A DNA stretch of 62,983 bases, counting the filler, from Craspedostauros australis (Eukaryota): NCBI GenBank assembly GCA_030167865.1. It is 18 parts of 18 records of this genome, joined end to end, with 100 filler letters (N's around TTAATTAATTAA, not from the genome) between each part and the next. Parts side by side here need not be neighbours in the genome. Positions count along the whole stretch, not along the records: positions 28,399 to 53,338 come from JALAGF010000645.1; positions 53,439 to 56,763 come from JALAGF010000646.1; 16 more parts are not named here. The stretch is one strand, 5' to 3'. This document shows, in pieces, positions 44,294 through 55,490 of the stretch (positions are counted from its first letter, which is position 1; the number at the start of each line of letters is the position of its first letter). The translations under genes and the position numbers were made by a program. Under the pieces are notes generated by a model that saw only the letters and a list, made by a program, of their open reading frames with translations, did not search any database and was not told where the DNA came from.

Positions 44294-46444
44294 TCAATCG
44301 GACACGTCGGAGCTTTCTTCGGTTTCGGTGAGGAGACTGACGGCCTTGTTTGCGTCCTCCTTGCTGAGGACCACCACATGCCCAAGATGGCACTTGCCGA
44401 CGTGAAACTTATCCCGCTCATGCCCCTCACGCATGACTTGGAGTCTGTTCACCCTACTCTCCATAGAATCGGGGAACTTGTCGATGAGCGCCAGGATGAC
44501 TTCATGGCGTTTCATCCAACCGCTGTTGTCCCACAGCAAGTCCTCGATGAAGTCAGCTTGCTTGCTTGTGTCGCTGAGCGGCGACGTGAATGACGCTGTG
44601 GCCTCTTCGAAGTACTTCGTGAGGCACACCATCTTGTTCTTCTTCGCTTCTCCGCTGCGGTATTCTTGAATGATTCCTTCTTGCTTGGCGATGTGCGTCC
44701 AAAGGCAGGCATGGCTCTTCGTTGGGCATTCGGAAGGCCATTTCCATTGGAAGTTCTTCTTGAAGTAGAGCAATGGCATGTAGAGATCATCCTCGCGGGC
44801 CATCGTTTCCAACACTTCTGTCGCTCTGCCGAGTACAGCTGCCTTGTTTGTTTCCACCCAGTCCACAGAAAAGGCCTGCGCGCAAGTAGGACAGTACGAG
44901 TCTTCACCAATCTTCTCGAACTTGATCGTGGAGTCTTCCACACCGCACATGGCGCAGCAGGATCCCGGTTCATTGGGCTTGGCCATGGCGAAGGCGGCAT
45001 CATCCACGACTGCTGCTGCTGCTGGCTGCCCCAGCTTGCGCCAATCGACAAGGTGACCAGCCTTGAGCCAAGGATCCGTTGCGAAGACATCCAGCACCTG
45101 CAGCTTGGACTTGAAGATGAGGATGGCATGCTTCTCTGTCGTTTGGATGTAGGCAGACTCCGGAAACGGACGGCCTTTGGGGCACAATGGCCATCGCACG
45201 AACAGCACGAATGGCCGGGAGGATGCTACGTCGATGACGCGCTCTGGTATCGACGACAGTGGGATCGGGAGGTTAGCTTGCACGATCGCCATATCCGATC
45301 CAACGACCAGACTCAATGTTCGGTAAGGCCCCTCGCCGGATTCGATCACAATGCCTTGCTCAATGATCATCTTGAGGAACTCGCGGACGCTGTCGCGGTC
45401 GGGGAAGCGGGCAGGGTTGATCTCGCGCAGACGCATTCCAATGAAGGACTTGCGCGCCGTCGTCCCGTTGATGTTTCCGCCCGCTGTGATGGAAGCGCTT
45501 CGCATGGCGGATCGGAGAATCTCCACATCGTCTTGCAATGCCTCGTTGTTCGTTAGCCCTTCGAGCGGATTCGTGGCGATTGCGTCGAGGTATTTGGAGA
45601 CGGAGTAAGTGTTGCTATTGTTTGGTCTGTATGGACTCATGACGTCGTGCGCCACACATGCCATGTCGAAGTCGTCGTGTTCTCCTTCTCCTTCTGCGCG
45701 ATGACGCTTACAATCGCCGATGACCATGCTGAGATTGCGTGCAGAACGAACTGGATGAGCCGCTGGCTTGTGATCGTCAGCGGAAAGTTGAAGAATGTCG
45801 GTCTCCCACCTCATCTTCATGTCGCAGTTGACGTGGAGCATGGACCGCAGTGTGCCCTTGGAGATTACGATCGTCTTCCACTGAGGCTGTTGCAAAACTG
45901 CAAGGAGGTAGGCATAGTCCACGTCCCCCGTGATGAAGCAGAGTGTCGCAGCATCAGGATGCGTGAAGGCGAACTGCATGGCATCCACGATGATCATCTT
46001 GTCGACGACTTCCTTGCGGCCGACGTGCGGGCAATCCACCAGATGGCAGCCCGAGAGCTGCAGCTCGGATCGCTTCTTCTCCGGGATGTTGCCCAGTCCA
46101 ATGCTCGCGTACCCGCGAAAGTGCTTGATCTGCCCATGCGGCATGAGGATGGCCTTGAGGCGGCTTGCCACATCGCTGGCGCTGCTGGAGGATGGGATGG
46201 CCAGGTTCTCCAGATCCCAGAAGATGGCCAGCGGGGACTGGCTCTGGTTGACGGTCGCGGATGCGATGCTCACGATGTCGCGAGCAGCCAGCAACGGGAT
46301 GCCACCCGACACCAGATCCGCAACGACCTGCTTCGTGTCGCGGCGGAAAGAATCCCATGATGCCCCCAGAGTCAGCAGTTCCTCCGCCCATCGTTGCAGG
46401 CAGGGATGCGGCTGCGTCTTGATCCACTCTTCGAAGTCATCCAT
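44294..46444 (-). CDS. NYN-domain (LabA/DUF88, MARF1-like) ribonuclease, 716 aa
   Basis: AIFWDLENL, GRKEVVDKMIIVD and FITGDVDY carry the acidic NYN residues; later HTH-like segments and CxxC…CxxC. Confidence 0.85.
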   Translation of the reverse strand: MDDFEEWIKTQPHPCLQRWAEELLTLGASWDSFRRDTKQVVADLVSGGIPLLAARDIVSIASATVNQSQSPLAIFWDLENLAIPSSSSASDVASRLKAILMPHGQIKHFRGYASIGLGNIPEKKRSELQLSGCHLVDCPHVGRKEVVDKMIIVDAMQFAFTHPDAATLCFITGDVDYAYLLAVLQQPQWKTIVISKGTLRSMLHVNCDMKMRWETDILQLSADDHKPAAHPVRSARNLSMVIGDCKRHRAEGEGEHDDFDMACVAHDVMSPYRPNNSNTYSVSKYLDAIATNPLEGLTNNEALQDDVEILRSAMRSASITAGGNINGTTARKSFIGMRLREINPARFPDRDSVREFLKMIIEQGIVIESGEGPYRTLSLVVGSDMAIVQANLPIPLSSIPERVIDVASSRPFVLFVRWPLCPKGRPFPESAYIQTTEKHAILIFKSKLQVLDVFATDPWLKAGHLVDWRKLGQPAAAAVVDDAAFAMAKPNEPGSCCAMCGVEDSTIKFEKIGEDSYCPTCAQAFSVDWVETNKAAVLGRATEVLETMAREDDLYMPLLYFKKNFQWKWPSECPTKSHACLWTHIAKQEGIIQEYRSGEAKKNKMVCLTKYFEEATASFTSPLSDTSKQADFIEDLLWDNSGWMKRHEVILALIDKFPDSMESRVNRLQVMREGHERDKFHVGKCHLGHVVVLSKEDANKAVSLLTETEESSDVSD

Positions 46445-47625
46445 CCTTGGTGTGTCTTCTTTGTCGCTGTCTGCCGCTATCTCTGTTTGTGTTCTTGGGC
46501 TGGGACGATGGTGATTCCAATAGAGTAAAGGAAAGTGCAAGTGCTCAAGCTTGTATTCTAGCTTGTGCTCCCCTCCAGCAATCGTATCTTGCAGTGCGTC
46601 AAATCGTGGATGTGTGACACGTAACGTTCTTTGGCTTGCGACGAGGACTCGCACAATCCTTCCAGATTATGAGGTTGACTGCCTTTGCTCCCCCATCTCA
46701 AGTCCGCAGGTGTGCTGTTCACATGAAAACCGTATCTTCTGGTCTTGCGCTTTTGGCGACCGCTGTTTTCGTTTGGTTTTTGTGTTGCTCTTTTGATGTG
46801 ATTTCTTTCTCACCTTCTCTGTGACACCTTTTTCACTTCGTACATCCGCTACGGGCGACTCTCCTGACCATAACTCACACAACACACAAAGAGAAGAGTG
46901 GCGGAGACGTGCCAAGAGCAACTTGCAACGAATGGTTTGGTACAAGGAACATCCCTGCACTCGTGAGCATAACAGGAGTAGGAATGCCCATGTATTGGTT
47001 GTGTGGTACAATGGAGACAAGGCGGAGGCCTCTCTTTGTGGGTATTCCGAGATACTCTCGGCATGCACCACAACAAATGCAAATATGGAGAGCAAAGAGG
47101 ATCTTGATTTGCATCGATGTCTACAAATCGTGAACAAGGATAGTTGGGTGAGTCATGATGCGCAACGTATCCACGACTGATATCTTTTCCTTCCTTCTTC
47201 GTTTCTGAGGAGCTGTTGTGTTACTGTTTTTCGTGTGAAGATTTGGCGTCGTGATCATGTGGTAGACGACAACAGCAGCAGCAACAGCGGGCGGAGCTCT
47301 CCCAGCAACGATGATCGGGTGCTCAGTTGTACTTCTTGTCGCATTCCATCGCATCACATCTCATCACATCACACCTCATCTTGCCTCGATACTGCGGAAC
47401 AGTTCAAGCACATCACACGTGCACCGTCCGTGTGCATCCTCATCCGCAGCTGTGTCTCGTCGAACACTTGTACGATCTGGCATCAACCAAGCCACCAATT
47501 CCACCAGAAGCGCCCGTTGCAATGGGTTTCATCACTTTAACGCTCGCGGTCATGTTCGCATCGTCCTCTTCGACGGGGCGAACCTCCTTCGAACGTGTTC
47601 CCACAACAAGGTGTTCCACACGATA

Positions 47626-48240
47626 ATGTCACCACTGGAAGAAACCCAGGAATGGTGTGATTTGCATCTTGATGCGGATAGGGCTGTGAGAAACGGCAGC
47701 ATTGAAGATCTTGTTGCATGGCAGCAATCTCACCCGGACATACCAATCCGGACGATCAAGGAACCTCCACCGTTTCAATCTGGCTACACATTGCTCCATC
47801 GCGCTGTATTTAATTCTGGTTCTTTGGAAATGGTGAAGTACTTGTTGGAGACGTGTGAGGTCTCCGTCGATGATCAAGACATGTGTGGCAAAACTCCACT
47901 TTTCCATGCATGTCTCAATGGGCTTGGCGACATAGCGGAATATCTTGTACAATCACACAACGCAGATCCTAATCTCAGAATGTACGCTGGGAACACTCCC
48001 CTGCACGTGGTTTGCCTGAAGAGTGACTTAACAATCGCAAAGTGCATGGTGAAATCCGGTAGAGCAAACATACATCTCGAGGACTCAAGAGGCTACACTG
48101 CATTGCAGCTCTTGCAAATGCGCCATCCCTGCGACAAGCTTGCCTGGCTCTTGAGTTCTGCAATACGGAAGCCAAAGGCATGCAGGATCAAAAGCAGCTT
48201 TCACACATTGAGCCACACAGTTCGAGAACAGAGCCATTGA
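47626..48240 (+). CDS. Ankyrin-repeat protein, 204 aa
   Basis: GYTLLHRAV, GKTPLFHAC, GNTPLHVVC, GYTALQL. Confidence 0.85.
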   Translation: MSPLEETQEWCDLHLDADRAVRNGSIEDLVAWQQSHPDIPIRTIKEPPPFQSGYTLLHRAVFNSGSLEMVKYLLETCEVSVDDQDMCGKTPLFHACLNGLGDIAEYLVQSHNADPNLRMYAGNTPLHVVCLKSDLTIAKCMVKSGRANIHLEDSRGYTALQLLQMRHPCDKLAWLLSSAIRKPKACRIKSSFHTLSHTVREQSH

Positions 48241-48479
48241 AGCAAACCATTGACCAGCAACGGCAACAGCGACAACGGAAGAAAAAGGCACCGACCAGGG
48301 TTACCGCCCAAAAACCGACCAGTGAAGTCAAGACAAATGCACAGAAGATAACTAAGACCAAGAAGATTGGCCAGCAACAGCATGACCAACAATCATGCGA
48401 ACCAACAGAAATCAAACTTCTACGACAGCCATCAATACACAAGGACAGTATTCGACATGCGATCATCAAAGCACCAGAA

Positions 48480-49046
48480 CATCAGAAATGGAAGATCCAG
48501 TTCAAGGGGGCAAGAGGCACAGGTCATGAATCGATCATAGCAGCAAGCATAAGAAAAGGCAACTGCGTGGCATTTTGCGATGGATCAGTCCAAAATGGAA
48601 TAGGAACAGCAGCAGCGTCCATCCAAGACTCTCTGCAGCATCCTGACGCGTCATCTTCATTTGTGTGCCTCGCACCTCAATCCTGTAAGCCCATGAATTC
48701 GTACTAAGCGGAACTGTGCGGAATCTACATGATTCTTGCTTGGGTGGCAGCAGCGGAGGAAATCTACGGCGTGTCGGGATCATTGGAGATCGGTTGCGAT
48801 AACAGGCCAGCGCTCCAGATGCTCGATGACAGCTTTGTAATCAAGCCAGGACACAGTGATAAAGACTTGGTGCGCGACGTGGTCGCATTGCGCAAGAAGA
48901 TATCCTCAAGAGTGTACGCAAGGCATGTGGGTGGTCACCAGGATGAATTGAGCAATGATGCACCCACCTGCAGCTGGGCAATCCAGAATATCCGCCTGGA
49001 TGGCATGGCCAAAAAGCATCAAGCAGCCGTGAAGAAGGTTTTGTAA
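48480..49046 (+). pseudogene. LINE-type RNase H domain with one in-frame stop (TAA 48705-48707)
   Basis: FCDGS…GTAA, NSY*AELCGI, IGCDNRPAL, HVGGHQD, NIRLDGMAK, collinear with the RNase H of the 22906 ORF2. Confidence 0.85.
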
Positions 49047-49776
49047 AACAAGCATGCTTGAACATCCGGTCGCTCTTATTGCACTCTGTCGAATTACTGC
49101 AGTGCATTGCGACAAGAGTGTCTAACATCAGTGAAGCGAACCTTGCGACAATTTCCCAACAGCACCTCGCAGCGGTATGAGACACAGTCTCAAGAATGGC
49201 AAACATGCAATCAGTGTAGCACATCCCACACCATGACCTATTCCAATGCCATATAGTAAAGCATAGTGCAACACATTATTCGTTCGCGATCGAGCTGACG
49301 CTTAATTTCTCCACAAACTGCACGAGTGGGCAAGTCACCATCCAAGTTGATGGTGGAGTCTCGTCACATGCCGAGCCGATCGCCACCGAAGGCCACCAGA
49401 CGAACCAACACGAAAGCAAGCCATAGGAACAGAGGAGTGTGCTGGAAGGCAGGGCAGGGGTGTTGTCACACATCGAGCCGATGTCATCATTGCCATCACA
49501 AGGTGAATGGGGGCGCTCAATTCAAACGCACCTGCGGATGTGTCTGCTTCTATTGTGTGGGTGCTTTGGGGGAGATACATTTTGTGACATGAAGAGATTG
49601 CGCAACAATTCGAAACACGAGCAGAATAACGGTTAGGGGAACGATTCGTGTCTGTTGGTCACCATGTGTGTGACATCTCCACAACAAAAATAATCGCGAA
49701 GAAGACAGAACAGAACAACACGATTGTGGCCTTGTCACGTTGCTGTGTTGGACAGAACCGCCCTGTCGCGATTGGA

Positions 49777-52044
49777 ATGGAGCGGATGACGCACATCAAA
49801 GCCCCACCGCAGGCAGAGATGCGACGACCCCAACAACAGAGAGACCCTCCCCACACTCGCAGAAGGAAGCCCGGAGAGCAGAGACATCATAGAGAACAAG
49901 AACAGCTCCAACATCGTCGTTCCGAAAGACCTTCAGCACAAGAACGGGAGCGGAACAGGAAGGACGAAGGGGCGCAGCGGACGGCGGTGCAGCTTATCTC
50001 TGCGGAGAGCTACCGGATGGCGCCTTTGGTCTGCGACGGAGCTCTGCCCGCACCAGATTCGCAGTCCTCCTCTCTGTTGCAGATATCGTCGTCGACGTCG
50101 TGCTCGCCGCAATCGCAAGCAGCATCACCGCCTTCGATGTCAGAACAAGAAGACACCTTCCAGAGCTTGACAACAGACCAACGCCCGCAAGGCCGCATGC
50201 CTCTGATTATTTCCCAACGAGACGAATGCGAGGAACGCTACGGTCACGGAAGCATTGGTGGTCCTCCCACAGCTGCCGAGTGCAGCGACGATGGGCATCC
50301 TGCAACATGTGGCACTTGGCATACAGAGCATCGTGATCATGGTCACGATTATGATCACGATCAAGATCACCATGATGACGTGGGCGTGAGGAAAGAGCCG
50401 TTGCATCCCGCTTCGGAGCCTGCCATCACGGATGATGCCAGTTTTGCAGGGAGCACCGCAGCCACAGCCACATCCTCGACCACAGCTTGCACTGCCAGTA
50501 TCGCAACTGCGGCAACGAATGCATCGCCCCAGACTAGCAGCCCAAACTTGCCGTCGTCTCCAGCCACTTCGACATCGACGGCAGCCTCGACCTCAACACG
50601 CAACACAGCCACCTCCCCGCAGAAACGACTTGCGAGTTTGTTTGAGAGATCGTCGCATACCATGCGCTCCTTTGCACGCGGCTCGCCGACCGATGGCAAC
50701 GATGTCATCAACAAACCCGAATATTCCGCCACGAAACGGATCATGACCGCACATTGCGACCAACCACGGGAGGAGCAGCTCTGGGAAGCGCTGGAGGATG
50801 ACGTCTTCATCCTGGTTTGTGGAGACATGACGCACCTCCAACTCTTCCAGGCTCTGTTTTCGCAGCACGAAGTGAGACGCTCTGATGTGCTCATCAGCTT
50901 GGCATACGTCGTCTCGCACAAGGACCCCACGCTCGACTATTACTACTACGATTGCATATCCACGCTGGCGGGCTACCTCTCGTGTCCGCAAGGCCTCCAT
51001 CGATCAACATGTCGCAAGCATGGAGTTCTACGAACGTTGGTGCAATGCCGCGGCCCCGCCGAAGCCATGTGGCAATACAGCGACCGCATCATCGAAGACA
51101 CCTTGGAATTCCTCCTTTGCGACGAGTACGCCTGGGATTACCCACCGCACAGCGAGATTGTGCTCCTCAGCGAGCTGCGTGCCATGTGCCGTTTCTGTCT
51201 CGAGAAGGAGGAACGCCAACGCCAGCTAGTGGAGGACAAGGGCGATGCCGCCATCATCTTCATCTCCGGGTGCGCCAAGTTGATCGAAGCCGGTATCTCC
51301 GAAATCGTGCTGCCCGTTGTCTGCACCAAGCTCGACGATGCGGTGGACACCTGCAAGGATCACATACGACCGAATATCGACCCTCTCATCGTCTCCCGCG
51401 ATGCCATCGTTGCCATGACGTACACAGGCGCCGCGAAGCAAGCATCAGAGAGCGTCCATTCGAACACGAAGGATGTAGCGGAGAACGTCAAGTTATTGGC
51501 GGAGTACGGGTTCACCATTCTCACCACCAAAATCGACGGCAACACGCAAATCATCGAGGCCCTCTTGCCACATGCGCCCAGCCGAGAAGTCATCAAGGTG
51601 ATTGGCAAAATCTGCATCACCAGCATCGGCGCCGCTGCCATCGTCGGCGAAGCCGTCATTCAAGGTTCCCGCGTCGTCATACAGAAGACAGCGCACGCGA
51701 CGGCCGATCTGATCGAGCACAAGTACGGCACCTCGGCTGCGCAGATTGTTCGTGACACCGGCGATACGGCCAGCAATGTGATGGGTGCATTTGGCCACGT
51801 GGCATTCCTCAAGGCAAGAGTCGTGGCCAAGGCCGTTGCGCAACAATCCACGAAGGACAAAGTCAACGAAGACGCGAGGATCGCAGCAGAGACGTTGCGA
51901 GCATTTGGGCAGCAATCCAAGGTTTTCATGCGATGCTTGATCCAGGGTGATGCGCTTATACTGCTCTCATCTTCTCCAGCACCGGCAATGACAATACCAT
52001 CTCCTTCAGCTTCGCGAGATGGAGGTTTGGAATCCGCGGCATAA
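49777..52044 (+). CDS. Senescence/spartin-associated domain protein, about 755 aa
   Basis: C-terminal IGAAAIVGEAVIQGSRVVIQKTAHATADLIEHKYGTSAAQIVRDT; long disordered N-terminus. Start codon uncertain. Confidence 0.75.
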   Translation: MERMTHIKAPPQAEMRRPQQQRDPPHTRRRKPGEQRHHREQEQLQHRRSERPSAQERERNRKDEGAQRTAVQLISAESYRMAPLVCDGALPAPDSQSSSLLQISSSTSCSPQSQAASPPSMSEQEDTFQSLTTDQRPQGRMPLIISQRDECEERYGHGSIGGPPTAAECSDDGHPATCGTWHTEHRDHGHDYDHDQDHHDDVGVRKEPLHPASEPAITDDASFAGSTAATATSSTTACTASIATAATNASPQTSSPNLPSSPATSTSTAASTSTRNTATSPQKRLASLFERSSHTMRSFARGSPTDGNDVINKPEYSATKRIMTAHCDQPREEQLWEALEDDVFILVCGDMTHLQLFQALFSQHEVRRSDVLISLAYVVSHKDPTLDYYYYDCISTLAGYLSCPQGLHRSTCRKHGVLRTLVQCRGPAEAMWQYSDRIIEDTLEFLLCDEYAWDYPPHSEIVLLSELRAMCRFCLEKEERQRQLVEDKGDAAIIFISGCAKLIEAGISEIVLPVVCTKLDDAVDTCKDHIRPNIDPLIVSRDAIVAMTYTGAAKQASESVHSNTKDVAENVKLLAEYGFTILTTKIDGNTQIIEALLPHAPSREVIKVIGKICITSIGAAAIVGEAVIQGSRVVIQKTAHATADLIEHKYGTSAAQIVRDTGDTASNVMGAFGHVAFLKARVVAKAVAQQSTKDKVNEDARIAAETLRAFGQQSKVFMRCLIQGDALILLSSSPAPAMTIPSPSASRDGGLESAA

Positions 52045-53438
52045 GACAGCATATGGTGCTCCACATGAATGCCAAGAATACATGCATTGAGCATTACGGA
52101 AGACATCACAATACTAAACCAGTACCATTGATTAGTACCACTATTGGCTCATTGCTCGCCACAACACCGCGGAAATCCACGCCGTCGACATCCTGAAGTG
52201 CCTTTTCACAGTGTGGTAACTCAACAACAAAAACGGAAGGCAGGCAGGCAGACACAATTTGCAGTAATGTTCCTGCTTTTCCTTTTGCTGCGTCGTCACA
52301 TGGCTTACGATGAATTGTTCCAGTTTACGACATATAATATGTTTCGTGGCATGTTGGGTGCTGCATTGTATGGCAACAGAAAAATTGATGACAGTGGCGT
52401 ACTTGTATGCACCACATCATTGCATGCGTGCATGCATGCGTGCGAGGATTCAGGAGTTCTCGTCATGCTGCAGCGCATTTGTTTACGCCATGACGCTGTC
52501 ATCAGAAGACTGAAGACGAGCCATCAAGAGATCGGTCATGCGGTTGCCGCCCTGAAGCTTCGCAGACTTCACGATGCTCGACACGTCCTTGTCCCAGATC
52601 TCCTCGTAAGACTAGTTAGAGTTCATGGCCCCAAGAGTATGGTATCGGGATACTTTTGTGACTCAAATCACAAACGGGAAACAAACCATTCCCGTGCCCG
52701 TTTCCTGCGAATCTCTTCGTCTCACGGTATCAATCAATATATATGCTGGAGGCGCATCTCAACCAAGACTGCTACCTGTCACCGCCAACTCTTGTGCAGG
52801 AAGGCCAAGAACCTCTTTCTGCATGCATTCACAGATCCTTTGTTATGTCATCATGAGTGAAGCATGCCATGGAATGCAAACATGTGCCTGTGCCAACATC
52901 TGTTTTCTCACCCAAGATCCATTGTGTCACATGAAGCTCAAACCGAGATCTCCCAACACTTCTGATCTTGAATTGAGGGCTCAGATGTTCACAGACGCGT
53001 TTGCTGACGATGTGTTGCTCGAAACAACATGTCAAACTGGCATAATTCTTCATGCAGACATCTCTGAAGAATGTGGGACTTGCAACCAGCGAACAAGCNT
53101 GTTCATCGCCGCTTGTCACACTGTATGTTCGCCCCCATTCTGTCACATGTGCAAAGGTGAACTTGCTAGCNACNTATTGTACGAAACAGCGCGTCAAATT
53201 GGCTCATCTGATCATCTGAACATCACAAAGTTGGATGGAACTTGCATCGCGATAAGCGCGTACATTACCACTATTCACCCTGCTTATTCTCATCCCATTT
53301 CATTCAGATGCTCATCAAGTAGTCATAAAACGCACAAANNNNNNNNNNNNNNNNNNNNNNNNNNNNNNNNNNNNNNNNNNNNTTAATTAATTAANNNNNN
53401 NNNNNNNNNNNNNNNNNNNNNNNNNNNNNNNNNNNNNN

Positions 53439-54090
53439 GACTACTCGGGCGGCTATCCAAGGGTTGGTCATGATGCTACCCATGATGTTCCCTTCTTCCC
53501 AGAATACTGGTGGGAACATATCGGCTTTCGTGGCCAGGAGTCGAGCCTCCATCTGTTGCACCTTCTGGTTCGTGGCTGCGTCCCAATGGCAGGCTTTCCC
53601 TTTCTTGAATACCTCGGTCCATTCCTCCATTGTCTCTAGATCTCCTCTTTCGCATTCGAGGTAGTTGCGGACCACCTTCCATGCTGTGTTGATAGAGTCT
53701 CCTGCTCCCACGCACTCCGGGTACGGCTTGGCGTTGCTCATCTCCATCTTCCTCTTGACTTCCTTCTCTTCCGCTTCCGTCCACGTTGCCTGCTTTTTGG
53801 CGATACCGTCGTTGGGTGTGCCCGAGATTTCAACTCCTCCGAAATTCACTTGTTTCTTCCGCTGTTTGTTGCGGGAGGGGTCACCATCGTCGTTCTTTGT
53901 CACTGGCGTCATGCTGGTCTTGTAAACGCTCTGCTTCTTTTTAAATTTTATGTGTTTTGTCATTGTTGCAACGTACGTTCACGAGTTCCGAAACCGTTGG
54001 CGATAACCGTAGTTTCAGTACTGACTCTTACGTGAATTCAAACCTACTGGGTCTACGTACGCCTTTTTAATTCAGCGATTCCAGAAGAGT
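53439..54090 (-). mobile_element. 5' end of LINE insertion B
   Basis: Matches 28399-29050; the only difference I see is 54040 A versus 29000 G. The flank beyond 54090 differs. Confidence 0.95.
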
Positions 54091-54352
54091 AATCCATCAA
54101 ACAACACATTGGATACGAACATATACCCAACTACCGCCACCGTTTCAATACAGACATCGAATTCCCACTCGCATTCATCACACAGTGCATGGTACTCATA
54201 TTAAACCAATACAAGCCATTGAAGACACCACGATCGAGATCTCCGCCAAAGGTGTAATTGCTCAGACAACACACTTCCTCAACAGCCAATCCAATGCCAA
54301 TCGTTCAACGTCCAACGTCCAACGTCCACCAACCATCGACCATCCTCCCAAA

Positions 54353-55132
54353 ATGCCGAATGTTACGAACCAACAACTCATTATTGCTGCCGGGGCAGGT
54401 GACTTGTCGGTGTTGAAGGAATGGAAGAAGCAGAACAAGACGCAGAATGAAGGAGTTGATGTCAACGAGGTTACAGACTGGGTCGGTTCCACTCCCCTTC
54501 ATTACGCATGCTACGAAGGCCGCCTGGAGTGTGTGAAGTACCTCATCGACTCATGTGGGGCGAACATCAACTGCAAAGACAACGATGGTGACACTCCCCT
54601 TCATTACACATGCGAAAAAGGCCAGCTGGAGTGTGTGAAGTACCTCATCGACTCATGTGGGGCGAACATCAACTGCAAAGACAACGATGGTGACACTCCC
54701 CTTCATTACGCATGCCACAACGGCCACCTGGAGTGTGTGAAGTACCTCATCGAATCATGTGAGGCGAACATCAACTGCAAAGAAGACGGTGGTTGGACTC
54801 CCCTTCATTGCGCATGCGTTTACGGCCACCTGGAGTGTGTGGAGTACCTCATTGAATCATGTGAGGCGAACATCAACTGCAAAGACAACAATGGTTGGAC
54901 TCCCCTTCATAAGGCATGCGCCAACGGCCACTTGGAGTGTATGGAGTCCCTCATCAGAGGACTTTCGCCTTCAGCTCACCCACAACTGCAACAATTGCAG
55001 CAACACTTACAACAAAACGAACAAGCAAATGAACAACCACAAGAACAGTTGAGACAGCAGTTGAAGCGGAAGAAGGAAGAGAATGAACACAAACACAGCA
55101 GCCACAAGAGGACCAACATCAGCATTGAATAA
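54353..55132 (+). CDS. Ankyrin-repeat protein, probably the truncated 5' part of an ankyrin-BTB gene
   Basis: Five 34-aa TPLH…GHLECVKYLI repeats followed by a Gln-rich coil. Confidence 0.8.
   Translation: MPNVTNQQLIIAAGAGDLSVLKEWKKQNKTQNEGVDVNEVTDWVGSTPLHYACYEGRLECVKYLIDSCGANINCKDNDGDTPLHYTCEKGQLECVKYLIDSCGANINCKDNDGDTPLHYACHNGHLECVKYLIESCEANINCKEDGGWTPLHCACVYGHLECVEYLIESCEANINCKDNNGWTPLHKACANGHLECMESLIRGLSPSAHPQLQQLQQHLQQNEQANEQPQEQLRQQLKRKKEENEHKHSSHKRTNISIE
54491..54955 (+). repeat. 102-nt coding tandem repeat (ankyrin units), about 4.5 copies
   Basis: ACTCCCCTTCAT starts at 54491, 54593, 54695, 54797 and 54899; units are highly similar at DNA level. Confidence 0.92.
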
Positions 55133-55490
55133 GACTAGCTCAGATTCTTCCAAACGGAGAACAGGACAGACACCATCTTCTTGTGTGGACAGGGTGACCA
55201 AAAACAACCAATCAAGACAAATGCTGAAGTCCTCATGATCACACTCCCATCCATTCAGACACTGATCGACAAAGCAATCCGACATCACCACGCAAATGAT
55301 GGCGCTGAAGACGGCACGGCCCCCCATGCAAGTAACTGTCCCTCTTCCCAACCTTCAACCAAAACACATCCGATACATCCTCCAATGCATCTACACAGGC
55401 AAGATATCCTTCAACAACAACACTCATGACGACACCGATGTTGATGACGCAAACCAGCATCTCTTCATGCAACGCAACTCTGTTCGATGA
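55133..55490 (+). pseudogene. BTB/POZ domain relic continuing the ankyrin reading frame
   Basis: After E*D* the same frame reads LRFFQTENRTDTIFLCG…IKTNAEVLMITLPSIQTLI; after a frameshift near a C run (55320) it reads VPLPNLQPKHIRYILQCIYTGKI. Confidence 0.7.

Noticed and set aside
52144..53338. Two 240-250 aa ORFs on the plus strand
   Set aside because: Non-ATG starts, no motifs, and TG/CA-rich decayed-looking DNA; not supportable as genes.
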